A DNA stretch of 63,672 nt, filler included. It is 8 parts of 8 records of this genome, joined end to end, with 100 filler letters (N's around TTAATTAATTAA, not from the genome) between each part and the next. Parts side by side here need not be neighbours in the genome. Positions count along the whole stretch, not along the records: positions 36,869 to 43,736 come from SRR31156797_23236; positions 43,837 to 49,735 come from SRR31156797_23241; positions 49,836 to 57,194 come from SRR31156797_23250; 5 more parts are not named here. One strand, 5' to 3'. This document shows, piece by piece, positions 38,877-49,837 of the stretch; the first letter of the stretch is position 1; every line of letters starts with the position of its first letter. A program made the translations under genes and the position numbers. The notes below the pieces were generated by a model. It saw only the letters and a program-made list of their open reading frames with translations. It ran no database searches and was not told the origin of the DNA.

Positions 38877-39917
38877 ATGATTAAAATCGACAACTTACTA
38901 TCAGTTTTTACTAGCGATATCGCAATAGATCTCGGAACCGCAAATACTCTAATTTACGTAAAAGGAGAAGGTATCGTTGCTAATGAACCATCTGTGGTAG
39001 CAGTTCAGGAAAAAGACACAAGAGGCACAAAGTCTGTCCGTGCTGTTGGTCTTGAAGCTAAGCAGATGATCGGAAAGGCACCCGTTAACATCAGTGTTAT
39101 AAGACCATTGAAAGATGGTGTTATTGCTGATTTTGAGGTTGCTCACCAAATGCTCAGATATTTTATCAAGCATGCATACAAAAAAGGCAGCTTTATCAAG
39201 CCAAGAATTGCTATCGGTGTTCCATACGGAATTACTGAAGTTGAAAAAAGAACTGTTAAAGAAGCAGCGCTTGGTGCCGGAGCCAGAGAAGTTTTTTTAA
39301 TAGAACAACCTATGGCGGCAGCTGTTGGAGCGAACCTTCCTGTTACAGAGCCAACCGGAAACATGATCGTTGACATTGGTGGAGGAACAACTGAGGTTGC
39401 AGTTATTTCTCTTGCGGGGATCGTTTACTCGAAATCCATTAAATCTGCTGGAGATAAAATGGATGAAGGAATTATAGATTACATTAAAAAGAAATATAAT
39501 CTTGCTATCGGTGAAAGAATGGCGGAACAGATTAAATGGACCATTGGTAACGCCTATCCTGATGAGAGCAAGGAGTTTATGGAAGTCAAAGGTCTTGACC
39601 TTGTTGCCGGTGTTCCAAAAACTATTGAAATAAACTCAGATGAGATAAGAGAAAGTCTTGAAGAAACGGTCAGAGCTATTGTTTCTGCTGTTAAAACGGT
39701 TCTTGAGAATACTCCACCGGAACTTGCAGCGGACATCGTTGACAAGGGAATCGTTCTTGCCGGAGGCGGCGCACTTCTTAAAAACCTGGATATTCTCCTT
39801 CGAGAAGAAACTAACCTTCCGGTAATTATTGCAGAGGACCCTTTGATCTCTGTTGTAATGGGAACTGGTAAAATACTTGAGAATATCTCACTTTTAAGAA
39901 CTATTTCACTGAACTGA
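38877..39917 (+). CDS. mreB: Rod shape-determining protein MreB
   Basis: [32 protein letters not shown]. Confidence 0.98.
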   Translation: MIKIDNLLSVFTSDIAIDLGTANTLIYVKGEGIVANEPSVVAVQEKDTRGTKSVRAVGLEAKQMIGKAPVNISVIRPLKDGVIADFEVAHQMLRYFIKHAYKKGSFIKPRIAIGVPYGITEVEKRTVKEAALGAGAREVFLIEQPMAAAVGANLPVTEPTGNMIVDIGGGTTEVAVISLAGIVYSKSIKSAGDKMDEGIIDYIKKKYNLAIGERMAEQIKWTIGNAYPDESKEFMEVKGLDLVAGVPKTIEINSDEIRESLEETVRAIVSAVKTVLENTPPELAADIVDKGIVLAGGGALLKNLDILLREETNLPVIIAEDPLISVVMGTGKILENISLLRTISLN

Positions 39918-39918
39918 A

Positions 39919-40746
39919 TTGAACAGGAAAAAGCTATTCCTCTACATAGCCCTTCTTTCAATAATTCTTGTCTCTATACTTCCCTTCTTTATTCTTGAAC
40001 TGGATTTTAGACTTCCATTTATCGACGATATAAAATCCGCTACCGGACAAAAGATCACTGAGACTAAAGAGTCGTTTGAAATAATAAAAGATCTGCAAGC
40101 TGTCGGTCACGAAAATACAGAACTGAAAAAAGAGGTTGCCAAACTTAAGGTTGAACTTCTTATGAACGAAGCTATTAAAAGGGAGAACGAGGAACTTTCA
40201 AAACTTCTTAAGCTTAAGGACAGCTATAGTAAATACGCCATCATTCCTGCAAAGATACTTACACATTCAGACATTAACCCAAACAGGATAGTCATCAGTT
40301 ATTCTAAGAAATATTCAAAACTTATGGCCGAAAAAGCAACCGTTGTATCAAGTATGGGTCTGGTTGGACTGGTATCATCTTTTCATAGCACCAGAGCAGA
40401 GGTTGAGCTAATAACATCTAAACAATTTACAGTTCCTGCCGTTCTTGAGAACCGTGAGGAGTGTACAGCGATCTTGAAAGGTAACGGGCAATCTCTTTCC
40501 ATCCTTTTTCTTGATAAGGTCTGCAACACGCCTCCTTCTGATGGAAAAAAGCTACTCAGTGCGAATTTGAGCGAAAATTACAGCATCCCCTATATCCCGA
40601 TCGGCATTATCAGCAACCTGAAAATGGATCAAAGTAATATAATGTTTCTTAAAGGTGAAGCTATCCCGTTATTTAAAAAAGGAAAACTTAATCATATTTT
40701 TGTAATTGTAGGAGCAAATTTCGAAGATGAGAAGTCTCTCTTTTAG
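39919..40746 (+). CDS. mreC: Rod shape-determining protein MreC
   Basis: TM helix, coiled coil (ENEELSKLL), GLVG; operon position. Confidence 0.85.
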   Translation: MNRKKLFLYIALLSIILVSILPFFILELDFRLPFIDDIKSATGQKITETKESFEIIKDLQAVGHENTELKKEVAKLKVELLMNEAIKRENEELSKLLKLKDSYSKYAIIPAKILTHSDINPNRIVISYSKKYSKLMAEKATVVSSMGLVGLVSSFHSTRAEVELITSKQFTVPAVLENREECTAILKGNGQSLSILFLDKVCNTPPSDGKKLLSANLSENYSIPYIPIGIISNLKMDQSNIMFLKGEAIPLFKKGKLNHIFVIVGANFEDEKSLF

Positions 40747-41221
40747 GTTTCTTTTTATTTCACTTCTTTTCTTTGCACTATTTTCTCTTGCACTTTATCT
40801 GCTTGACATTCCCTCTTTCTACTTTCCTCATATTCCCATTGTTTTCACCATACTTTTTACAGAAAAGAATTTAAAAAAGCGTATTATTCTCATGTTCCTC
40901 ACCTTTTTACTATATTCACAGATCGGCTCCCCTATTCCCTTTTTCTTTATTGCTGTCATCTTCATTCAGATCTATTTCTTCACACAGACATTCTTCTCTA
41001 TCACTGCCTTTGATTATTCTCTTACAGCCCTTCTAAACTCTTTTTTAATTATGTTTCTTATAAACTTTAACAGGTTTTTATACATCCACACGTTTACAGG
41101 AGATTTTAACTTTCTTATTCTCTTTGCTCCGGTCTTTTCTTCATGGTTGCTCCTGATCCTTATTTTCATATTCTTCAAACATCAGATAAATAAACTTTTC
41201 ATTAAGGATTCCTGGCTATGA
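40727..41221 (+). CDS. mreD: Probable divergent MreD
   Basis: 164-aa hydrophobic protein between mreC and mrdA. Confidence 0.65.
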   Translation: MRSLSFRFLFISLLFFALFSLALYLLDIPSFYFPHIPIVFTILFTEKNLKKRIILMFLTFLLYSQIGSPIPFFFIAVIFIQIYFFTQTFFSITAFDYSLTALLNSFLIMFLINFNRFLYIHTFTGDFNFLILFAPVFSSWLLLILIFIFFKHQINKLFIKDSWL

Positions 41222-43095
41222 GAATTCTAAATCAAAGTGAAGAAGTTAAAAACATTTTTCTTAGAACACGTAAACTTGTCTGGATAATTATTTTCTCATT
41301 TTTTCTACTTTTTGCCAGAGTCTTTTACCTCCAGATCATACAGGGAAAAGACCTTACCGAGAAATCCAGAGATAATTTCATATTAAGTGAAAAGATCTTT
41401 CCGGCAAGAGGCGACATTCTTAGCTTTGATAACAAACTTCTAGCTACTACCCAGCCATCATTTAAGATATCTATTGTTCCTCTGTTCTTTGCTGAAAAGG
41501 AACAGGTCTCTGAGCAGATAGACAGGATCAGTTCAGTACTTGAGCTCAACAAGAATGAGATATCAAGATTGAGAAAAAAGATGAAAGGATGTTACGGAAG
41601 ATGCAAATACATGCCGCTTCCTATAAAAGACGAGATTCCTAGAAATAAAATATTTAAATATTCCAGCTACTTATCAAATTTTCCAGGAGTCCTGATCTCA
41701 TCTTCTTATAAAAGAGTTTTTCCTCTGGGAGCGACTGCTTCACATGTTACCGGCTATGTGTCTAAGATCAACCACAGAGAATTAAAGAAATATCCGGACT
41801 ATGATCCTGATGATTTTACTGGTAAAACTGGTCTTGAAAAACAATATGAGACAGATCTTCATGGCAATTACGGTGAAACTTTTCATGTGATAGATCATAT
41901 GGGCAGAAAGATCGAGCTTCCGGAAGATATAAACCCTGACATTCCATTTTCTAAGAAAGCAGTAAAGGGAAAGAATCTCCGAACTACCATACTTTCCTAT
42001 GTTCAGAAAACTGCGGAACAGGCATTTGGAGAAAGAGCAGGTTCAACTCTTCTCATGGAGATAAAAACCGGAAGAGTTCTAGCGATGTACTCAAGTCCGT
42101 CATATGATGCTAATCTTCTTTCAAGAAAAAGGATCCCTGCAAAGATCTGGAGGGAATATAGTCAGAGTATCCTTAAACCGCTTATCAATAAAGCAATAAG
42201 ACAAACATACTTTCCGGGATCGACATTTAAGATCATTCCGGCTCTTTCCGGACTTCATTATAGAAAGATAACTCCTCTTTCCACATACCTATGTCTTGGA
42301 TGCCTTTATTTTGGAACAGACACAAAATGCTGCTGGAATAGAGGCGGTCATGGACATGTTAATCTTAGAAGGTCATTAAAGGAAAGCTGTGATATCTACT
42401 ATTATTATCTTTCACAAGAACTGGGATTAGAAAAAATAACACAGATGTCATCTTTGTTTGGAATCGGGTTAAAAACAGGCATAGACCTGCCTTGGGAAAA
42501 TAACGGTGTACTTCCTGATCGAGCCTGGTTTTCCTACAACTATCCCGGAATGAGAGTTCATAAAGGCATTTTAATGAACCTTTCTATCGGACAAGGTGAT
42601 ATCAGAACAACTCCACTTCAACTTGCGGTTGCCTACGCTGCTCTTGCAAATGGCGGGACTGTGATCCAACCGAGAATAACTGAGGAGCTGATCAGTCCTG
42701 ACGGAAGTATCGAAAAGATCAAGTCACAGACTGTAAGAGTACTTGATATCGATAAAAAACACTTTGATGCAGTGAAAAAAGCTCTTTGGAGTGTCACAAA
42801 TGAACCTGGAGGAACGGCTTTTTACCACTCCGATAAAACGATACCAAATGCGGCAGGAAAAACAGGTACAAGCCAGGTCATTTCAAATATTGCGAGAAAA
42901 AAAATAGACTACTCAGAAGAAGAGAGAAGATTTTTAACTCAGGATGATGCACTTTTTGCTGCTTTTTTTCCATATAAGAACCCTGAAGTTGTAGCTATTG
43001 CCGTTGTTGAGAATGGAGGACACGGTGGAAGTGTTGCAGCTCCAATAGTTTATAAGCTTTTAAAGTCATATCATTTTAAAAAGGCTATGGAATGA
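41218..43095 (+). CDS. mrdA: Penicillin-binding protein 2
   Basis: ARGDI, GKTGLEKQY, PGSTFK, SCD, GKTGTSQ. Confidence 0.95.
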   Translation: MRILNQSEEVKNIFLRTRKLVWIIIFSFFLLFARVFYLQIIQGKDLTEKSRDNFILSEKIFPARGDILSFDNKLLATTQPSFKISIVPLFFAEKEQVSEQIDRISSVLELNKNEISRLRKKMKGCYGRCKYMPLPIKDEIPRNKIFKYSSYLSNFPGVLISSSYKRVFPLGATASHVTGYVSKINHRELKKYPDYDPDDFTGKTGLEKQYETDLHGNYGETFHVIDHMGRKIELPEDINPDIPFSKKAVKGKNLRTTILSYVQKTAEQAFGERAGSTLLMEIKTGRVLAMYSSPSYDANLLSRKRIPAKIWREYSQSILKPLINKAIRQTYFPGSTFKIIPALSGLHYRKITPLSTYLCLGCLYFGTDTKCCWNRGGHGHVNLRRSLKESCDIYYYYLSQELGLEKITQMSSLFGIGLKTGIDLPWENNGVLPDRAWFSYNYPGMRVHKGILMNLSIGQGDIRTTPLQLAVAYAALANGGTVIQPRITEELISPDGSIEKIKSQTVRVLDIDKKHFDAVKKALWSVTNEPGGTAFYHSDKTIPNAAGKTGTSQVISNIARKKIDYSEEERRFLTQDDALFAAFFPYKNPEVVAIAVVENGGHGGSVAAPIVYKLLKSYHFKKAME

Positions 43096-43736
43096 TAAAC
43101 CGGAAGAAGTTCGACATGGGGATAATTCTCCCCCTTATTATTCTTATATTTTTAGGGCTTCTATCTTTAAACAGCGCTACTAGTCACAACCCTTTAAAAT
43201 TCCATGTTCAGATCGTGTGGGTCGTACTTTGCCTAGGCGTATTTATCTTCACTACTTTCAGTGATATTAGAGCTTGGGAACGGCTTGCTCTTCCAATGTA
43301 CTTTGCAAATGTAGTTCTACTGGCTCTGGTCCTTGTGATCGGAAAACGTATCGGAGGAGCACAAAGATGGCTGGATCTAGGTTTTATGAACTTTCAGGTC
43401 AGCGAACTCACAAAAATATCTGTAATACTGTTTATTTCCTACCGTCTCAACATGAAACCCACAATGGAGGATGGATACAACCTATTTGATATCCTGCCTG
43501 AGTTTCTTGCAATTCTATTCCCTGTTCTTCTGATCTATTACGAACCGGATCTAGGGACAAGTCTTCTTGTCGGGTTTGTGGCCTTTGTGATGATTATTTC
43601 AACAAAGATCAACAAGAAATGGCTGATCGGATTAATAATTTTCATTATTGTGACAACCCCCATACTTTGGCAGTTCGGACTAAAGAACTATCAGAAAAAA
43701 CGTGTAGTAGCTCTTGTAACAATGTTATGGTCAGAC
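43092..43736 (+). CDS. rodA: RodA, N-terminal part
   Basis: GAQRWLDLG, FQVSELTK, EPDLGT, LKNYQKKRV. Confidence 0.93.
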
Positions 43737-43836
43737 NNNNNNNNNNNNNNNNNNNNNNNNNNNNNNNNNNNNNNNNNNNNTTAATTAATTAANNNNNNNN
43801 NNNNNNNNNNNNNNNNNNNNNNNNNNNNNNNNNNNN
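43737..43836. other. Artificial contig spacer
   Basis: N44-TTAATTAATTAA-N44. Confidence 0.99.
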
Positions 43837-44627
43837 TTCATTGAGCTATCATGATAGCATCCGGAAAGTTCCAGTCTGATGTTCTTATCATCCGGGTATG
43901 TGAGCATTCCTCTTTCAAGAAGCGGCAGTGCCTTTTTCGCCTGCCCGGCCTTTCTTAAAGCTCGGCCTATCGTGATGTAATCATCTTTGGACAGTTCTTC
44001 GGTCGCAAGAAAATCCTGAGCTCGTTCAAGAGCTGTCTGATAAAGCTTGAGACCGATCAGAAAAAACAGCTCCTGCCTTACAAAAGTCTTTTCTTTAGGA
44101 TGTTTTTTCAGTGCAACTTGCAGAATATTGTAGGCCTGCCCTTTTAAATTCATATTCCACAGACTTTGTGCGTAGATACCATAGATCTTATAATACTCCT
44201 TAAGAACCTGAGGATACTTTTTAATGGCTACCACTGTCCTTTTAAAGTTTCTCTGACCGTAATAGGACTGAACAAGATAAACTTTCACAAGAATATCCTT
44301 TGATCCCGACTTGACAGACTTTTCAAGATTCACCGCAGCCTGACCGAACCTCTTTTTCTTAAGATGGATCAGACCTGTGAATGTATAATACCTGATAAGT
44401 CTGGTTTTATCCTCTTTTTCAAGCGCTTCCTTTTTAAGCTGCTCTTTATCAACACTCATCAGAGCCGTTTCCGCCCTGTCATAAAAACCGTCCTTGATAA
44501 GCAAAGCCGCAAGAGAGAGATAATCGACCTCGTCTGACTTTTTTTTCGCTGTCAGAGGCTGCGTACCAATAAGTAACGCCAGCAGAATAATTACTGTAGC
44601 TTGAATGATATTTTTTGTTTTGCCCAT
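43837..44627 (-). CDS. Exported TPR protein of a TonB cluster, truncated
   Basis: Signal peptide, TPR-like helices, downstream of tonB. Confidence 0.8.
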
Positions 44628-45262
44628 ACTCTTACCTTTTTTCCCTGATAGATAGCAGGTTCAAAAACCCACTGTTCCAAAGCAGCCTGAGCCGCTTCAT
44701 CAAAAACTCCCGAAGGGGAGCTTTCAAGGATTCTTATCTTTTCGATAGAACCCTTTTCATTGATGAGGATGTTAAATATTACGTAACCCGTTATTCCTTT
44801 TCTCCTTGCTCTTTCCGGATACTGAGCTCCTACTCTGTCCATTGCCACAGGTTTGATATCAACAGTCTCGGAAGTCATCACGACATCTTTTGTATCACCT
44901 GTTATATCGTCAGAAATGATCGCTTCTGTATCCATTGCAAACTCCGGAAGACCGAAATTGATACCGCCGGAAAACCCACCTGTCATCGGAGCAATGGATT
45001 TAAGACTTTTAGACACCTTTTTCTTTTTCATCTTCCTTCTTATCATCTTCTTTTTGGGCTTTTTCTTCTTTTTTTGTTTTTTAACTTCAAAAGAAGTCTT
45101 CGCCTTCTGCTTCTCCTCTTTGGGTCCTTCCGTGTAGGAATTGATGATAAGAATTGTGAAGAGCACAACAACTGTACCGATTATCATCGAAATAATAGAA
45201 ACAAGGGTACGTTTCCAATTGTACTTAACCATGTTATGAACCCGCTTCAAGATCTGTTGCAA
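44591..45262 (-). CDS. tonB: Energy transducer TonB (start probably ATG 45232)
   Basis: TM helix, Lys-rich linker, YPERARRKGITGYV, FDEAA...WVFEPA. Confidence 0.92.
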   Translation of the reverse strand: MQQILKRVHNMVKYNWKRTLVSIISMIIGTVVVLFTILIINSYTEGPKEEKQKAKTSFEVKKQKKKKKPKKKMIRRKMKKKKVSKSLKSIAPMTGGFSGGINFGLPEFAMDTEAIISDDITGDTKDVVMTSETVDIKPVAMDRVGAQYPERARRKGITGYVIFNILINEKGSIEKIRILESSPSGVFDEAAQAALEQWVFEPAIYQGKKVRVWAKQKISFKLQ

Positions 45263-45641
45263 CGCCTACATCTGCGGCTCCTGCAAGCCTGCACTGATCG
45301 ACCACTTCAACGAGCTTTTCGGCAGCTATCCTTCTGTCGGTAACTACCAGCACGCTTTTTGATGCTCCCGCCTTGAACTGGTCACGCAGCCTGCTCTGTA
45401 TAACCCAGGTTCGAACAGGGTTTCCGTCCATATAGACATCACCATTTCTATCGATAAATATTCTTATAGATTTTGTGGAGGCACTGACCGCACTTCCTGC
45501 TCCCGGTCGCTCAAGATCGACTTTCATATCCTTTTGAAAAGTAGTACTTACCATGAAAAAGATCAGGAGAATAAACACCATGTCAATAAGTGGAGAAATA
45601 TCTATCCCCTGAGAGTCATCATTTTTTTCCCTATACCTCAT
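45234..45641 (-). CDS. exbD: Biopolymer transport protein ExbD
   Basis: IDISPLIDMVFILLIFFMVSTTF. Confidence 0.95.
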   Translation of the reverse strand: MRYREKNDDSQGIDISPLIDMVFILLIFFMVSTTFQKDMKVDLERPGAGSAVSASTKSIRIFIDRNGDVYMDGNPVRTWVIQSRLRDQFKAGASKSVLVVTDRRIAAEKLVEVVDQCRLAGAADVGVATDLEAGS

Positions 45642-46245
45642 TGTTTTCTCCTGCTTTCTTACTCATACACAAACGATCTTTTACCTGCGCGATCTCTCTA
45701 GCCAGGTTTTTTTCCTTCCTTTCAAGTATTCTTCCCACAACGAGCCCGGGGACAGCCACAGCTAGTCCCATCTGTGTTGTGAAAAGTGCCTGAGAAATTC
45801 CACCAGCTATTCCTCCTGATTGAGAATAAAGCGACATATCTCCAAGCGAATCAAAAGTTTCTATCATTCCGGTAACAGTCCCGAGCAAGCCTAAAAGAGG
45901 TGCAACCATCACAATTGTCGCCACCAGCTTTTTATACTTTGATATTTCTCTGATTATTGGAAACAATGCATCATCAAGTTCATCACGAAGATCTGCTGTA
46001 GATTTTTCTTTTGCTTTAACGGCGATTATTATCGCTGAGTCAAGTATTCCAGTTGGACTTAGCTCGCACTTTTTTTCTGCAGATTTCAGAAGATATCTCA
46101 CAGAATGTCCGGTTCCTCTTCTTAATGTATAAAACCTGTATCCCAGAGCGTACCAAAGTGCTGCTGTGGCAATAGCTAGAGGAAACATTACAAACCCGCC
46201 TTTTAATAAATAGCCTAATATCTCATCAACAAGGTTAGCAATCAA
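45631..46245 (-). CDS. exbB: MotA/TolQ/ExbB proton channel
   Basis: APLLGLLGTVTGMI, GGISQALFTTQMGL. Confidence 0.93.
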   Translation of the reverse strand: MIANLVDEILGYLLKGGFVMFPLAIATAALWYALGYRFYTLRRGTGHSVRYLLKSAEKKCELSPTGILDSAIIIAVKAKEKSTADLRDELDDALFPIIREISKYKKLVATIVMVAPLLGLLGTVTGMIETFDSLGDMSLYSQSGGIAGGISQALFTTQMGLAVAVPGLVVGRILERKEKNLAREIAQVKDRLCMSKKAGENNEV

Positions 46246-47600
46246 CTCTCACCTCCTTTTGGTGGTGTGAAACTCCTGTAAATATTTATTACCTGAAGGG
46301 CCGACTGCTCCATATCACTTTTTATATTTGCTGACCAACCGGAAAGCAGATTCCCAAAAAGAAGCGAAGGAATTGCAACGATCAATCCTAGCTCAGTAGT
46401 AATCAATGCTTCGGAAATACCGCTTGAAAGAAGCTTTGGATCACCTGTTCCGAACTCTGTAATAATATCAAAGGTCGAGATCATTCCCGTAACAGTTCCA
46501 AGAAGTCCTAGAAGCGGAGCGACCGCTGCAAAAACAAGAATAAGTGAACCGAACCTGTCCAGCCAGGTGTTCTCATGAAGAATTGATTCGGAAATAATGT
46601 CTTCAATATGTTCGCTATCCTTATCAATATTTCTAAGTGTTGCTGCAAGAACTCTAGAGATGGCTCCTTTGTTCTGCTGACAGAGTGTTATCGCAGACTC
46701 AATATTCCTATCTTTAACAGGAGTCTCAATTTTGCCCATAAGCTTGTGTGTGTTCTGGGCGGCATTTCTAAGGAACGCTATCCTCAAAATTATCAGAAGT
46801 AGTGTGAACATTCCAAGGAATACGATGACCCAGGCAATTGTTCCGCCTGCTCTGACAACATCCAGAGGTCCTTTTGACTTCTTTTTATTTATCTCTTTTT
46901 CAAGTGATTCAAAGATGAACATCCCCGCTGAGTTTATGAACTTTCCTGATGTCACTTTATTAACAGTTTCCGTGACATTAACAGGCCAGATCTTGAAAGC
47001 TGAATTTCCCGCAGGTGCAAGCGCTCCACTGCCTTTAGGACTGACACCGTAAGCTGCAACTGAACCAATTTTGTAGATGTCGCCTTTTACAGCTTCACCG
47101 CTTGTAAGATAGAACTCACCTTCAACTTTGCTAACCTGAGAAACCTTTCTTAAGATTCCACCGGCTTTTTTAAAATAACTTTCGAGAACTGCCGGGCCGT
47201 CTTCCGGTTTCATCTCATCATTCTTTTTGATCTTAACATCATGTTTTTCAAGAGTGACTTCCGCCTGCTCGATCGTATTTACAACCACATCACGCTTTTC
47301 AACTGTTACCGAGCTTTCTCTTTCCGCTTCGATAAGAGCTGTCTGCAGAGAATCTGATGTCACACTTAGCTGGAGGAGTTCATCCTGAAGTGACTCGAGT
47401 TCCTTTTCAGCAATTCTTACCTTGCTTTCAGATTCATCTTTGAACTTATCTATTCTGCTTTGAAGAGCCTTTTTCTGAGCTTCAAGGAAAGCAAACTCTT
47501 TTTTATATGCTTTTTTTAATGCACTTGATGTTTCCGGAGCTCCTGAAACCGTAAACCAGGAAGCAAGGATAATAAGTGCAACTATAGCTGTTTTTCTCAT
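46242..47600 (-). CDS. Large ExbB-like protein with periplasmic coiled coil (TtpC-like)
   Basis: Signal peptide, coiled coil, C-terminal APLLGLLGTVTGMI...FGTGDPKLLSSGISEALITTELGL. Confidence 0.9.
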   Translation of the reverse strand: MRKTAIVALIILASWFTVSGAPETSSALKKAYKKEFAFLEAQKKALQSRIDKFKDESESKVRIAEKELESLQDELLQLSVTSDSLQTALIEAERESSVTVEKRDVVVNTIEQAEVTLEKHDVKIKKNDEMKPEDGPAVLESYFKKAGGILRKVSQVSKVEGEFYLTSGEAVKGDIYKIGSVAAYGVSPKGSGALAPAGNSAFKIWPVNVTETVNKVTSGKFINSAGMFIFESLEKEINKKKSKGPLDVVRAGGTIAWVIVFLGMFTLLLIILRIAFLRNAAQNTHKLMGKIETPVKDRNIESAITLCQQNKGAISRVLAATLRNIDKDSEHIEDIISESILHENTWLDRFGSLILVFAAVAPLLGLLGTVTGMISTFDIITEFGTGDPKLLSSGISEALITTELGLIVAIPSLLFGNLLSGWSANIKSDMEQSALQVINIYRSFTPPKGGES

Positions 47601-48412
47601 TTGCCTACCTCCAGAACCTTAAGCACAGGAAGTTCAAAGTAACCTGCTCTGATCTGCTTTTTAAGAGATTCAAAAAGGTACTCGACCTGTTTTTTCTGTT
47701 CTTTCTCAGTAAGTTTACGTGTCTGCCACTTTCCGTCTTTTTTAATAAATATCCCGAAATTCTCTTCGCCGTATTTATAGTAGGCCGTAACCATACCTAT
47801 CCTTGCTATCTGTACTATTCTCTTTGTGCCGTCAAGCTGCATCGGCTGAGCAAAAATTCCGTTTTCTCTTGTAAGTCTGAACTCATCTTCGTAAAAAGAC
47901 CACAGTCTTGAAATCGCTCTGAACGGAGATATCGCCTTGCCTGCCAGCTGATCTTCGATCTCTTTAAGAGCACTCAGCCTTCCTTCTATTTTAAAAGGGA
48001 GAGAGTTGTTGATATAAGCTTTCAGGTCAGTGGCTGAAACATTAAAAACTTCAATGAGCTTTTTTTCTTCGTCACCTGTATCTCCGCTCTGAGCTCTTTT
48101 TTGAGCGATCGCCAGTTTAAGCTGCTTGATCTTGAGGTTTTCGCGCTGAATCTCGTTCTTGATCTCAGCCTTACTTATCTCAATAGATTTGATCCTGTTG
48201 CGCAGTTCGTTCTTAGCAATATCAAGCTCGTTCTGTAGAGTTTCGACCTCTGTTCTCATCTCCACAAGCTCTGATGTAAGCTCTTCAACTTCACCTGCCT
48301 GAAGCACAAAATTTCCGGTGACCAGAATCACCAGAATTAACAGCACCTTAACGCTTTTTAAACAAAAAAGCGCAGGGGGCACCCCCCCCGCTTTATGATT
48401 TGAAGTTCTCAT
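47597..48412 (-). CDS. DUF3450-family coiled-coil protein
   Basis: Coiled coil, SLPFKIEGRL, ARIGMV; upstream of the TtpC-like gene. Confidence 0.8.
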   Translation of the reverse strand: MRTSNHKAGGVPPALFCLKSVKVLLILVILVTGNFVLQAGEVEELTSELVEMRTEVETLQNELDIAKNELRNRIKSIEISKAEIKNEIQRENLKIKQLKLAIAQKRAQSGDTGDEEKKLIEVFNVSATDLKAYINNSLPFKIEGRLSALKEIEDQLAGKAISPFRAISRLWSFYEDEFRLTRENGIFAQPMQLDGTKRIVQIARIGMVTAYYKYGEENFGIFIKKDGKWQTRKLTEKEQKKQVEYLFESLKKQIRAGYFELPVLKVLEVGK

Positions 48413-48426
48413 TTGGATGTCCCTGA

Positions 48427-49734
48427 TTAGTTTTTAGGAAATTCTGTCCAGCCTTCTGTCCAGTCTGTGTCACCGAAGGCTCCGATATAATCTACATCAT
48501 CGAAGAAAGAGTCTGAAGGAACGACGCCATTTCCAAGAGCAGGTGAACCTGTCTTAGGAAGCCAGTTCTCAAGCATAGGGTCTGCAACGCTGTTTCCTGT
48601 CTGTCCTTCGAACCACGCCTGAAGTGTGTTGCCGTCAGTCGGCCATGCATCTTCGATCGAATTCTCTTCTTCATCTTTCTCATCATCTTCTTCATAGCTT
48701 ACAGCACAGCTGAGAATTGTGTTCTTAACTGCAAGAGTTCCGTCTTCTGCATAAACAAAGGTCTGAGCTTCATCAATGTCAAGACACTCCGGGCTTCCGG
48801 TAACGATGGCATTGTGAACTTCTCCGCCGCTTCCTGCTCTGAATGTGATTCCTGTGTTGGCATTTGACTGTCCGATTATTGTAATGTTTGAAACTACAGG
48901 AGTTGAAACCGGTGTGTCATCAAGCATCTTGCTGTTAGTGTCAGCTTCGATACCTCTGTCAGCATCATCTTCGTACTGTTCGATCATTACATGCTGGATC
49001 TTTCCGCTATAACCGTATGTCCAGTCAAGATTATCATCGGCTGAACCCGTGCAGAGGATGTATTTTGCATTTACAGTTCCACCGAAAAACTCAATAGCAT
49101 CATCACTTCCCATGTGTATGTGAATGTTCTCAATAGTTGTTCCGTTTCCTACACCTTCAAGTGTAAGTCCATTGAACTCTTTTTCAGAATTGATCTTATA
49201 ACCGGAGAATTCAATTCTTACGTATTTGATCACACCGCTGTTATCATCAGCCTTGTCTCCACCGTACCATTCTACGCCGGTCTCAGCCTGTCTCTGACAA
49301 GGAGCTGTGCTTCCACCGCAGTTTACAGGAGCCCAACCGTTGATAAGAACTCCACCCCAGTCGCCTCTTGCTCTTTTTCCGTCTTCTTTAGCAGATGTGA
49401 AAACAATAGGATCGTCCTTTGTTCCTTCCGCCAGGATCTTGCTTCCTCTGTTAATTACAAGAAAGTTTCTTCCTTCAAGACCTTCAATTCTTGTTCCTTT
49501 TTCAATTGTAAGGGTAGCAGTTTTAATATCCGCTGTCGGATCTTCATCATTTTCACCAATTGTTACTGCATCTTCAAGAACCCAGATGATGTCAGAAGTA
49601 AAAGTAATGTCTTCTGTGATAGGATCCGGGCCTGAAACTTTACAAACACCTTCTGCAAGTTCTGTTGACCAGTCAGGACAACCGGCAGCTGTGTCGCCAG
49701 TGTTTCCTGTGTTTCCAGTGTCACCTGTGTTTCC
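48427..49734 (-). CDS. Acidic surface beta-helix protein with GNT/GDT repeats, 5' truncated
   Basis: Frame open from contig edge: GNTGDTGNTGNTGDT...LVINRGSKILAEGTKDDPIVFTS...RGDWGGV, continuous with DDAIEFFGGTVN...DWTEGWT. Confidence 0.85.
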   Translation of the reverse strand, partial: GNTGDTGNTGNTGDTAAGCPDWSTELAEGVCKVSGPDPITEDITFTSDIIWVLEDAVTIGENDEDPTADIKTATLTIEKGTRIEGLEGRNFLVINRGSKILAEGTKDDPIVFTSAKEDGKRARGDWGGVLINGWAPVNCGGSTAPCQRQAETGVEWYGGDKADDNSGVIKYVRIEFSGYKINSEKEFNGLTLEGVGNGTTIENIHIHMGSDDAIEFFGGTVNAKYILCTGSADDNLDWTYGYSGKIQHVMIEQYEDDADRGIEADTNSKMLDDTPVSTPVVSNITIIGQSNANTGITFRAGSGGEVHNAIVTGSPECLDIDEAQTFVYAEDGTLAVKNTILSCAVSYEEDDEKDEEENSIEDAWPTDGNTLQAWFEGQTGNSVADPMLENWLPKTGSPALGNGVVPSDSFFDDVDYIGAFGDTDWTEGWTEFPKN

Positions 49735-49735
49735 A

Positions 49736-49835
49736 NNNNNNNNNNNNNNNNNNNNNNNNNNNNNNNNNNNNNNNNNNNNTTAATTAATTAANNNNNNNNN
49801 NNNNNNNNNNNNNNNNNNNNNNNNNNNNNNNNNNN
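49736..49835. other. Artificial contig spacer
   Basis: N44-TTAATTAATTAA-N44. Confidence 0.99.
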
Positions 49836-49837
49836 CC

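Noticed and set aside
41218-43095. SCD instead of SxN in the transpeptidase
   Set aside because: SxD is normal for PBP2/MrdA
49233-49734. Apparent frameshift or separate gene upstream of ORF 48427-49233
   Set aside because: Manual translation shows one continuous minus-strand frame to the contig edge; the track simply began at the first GTG
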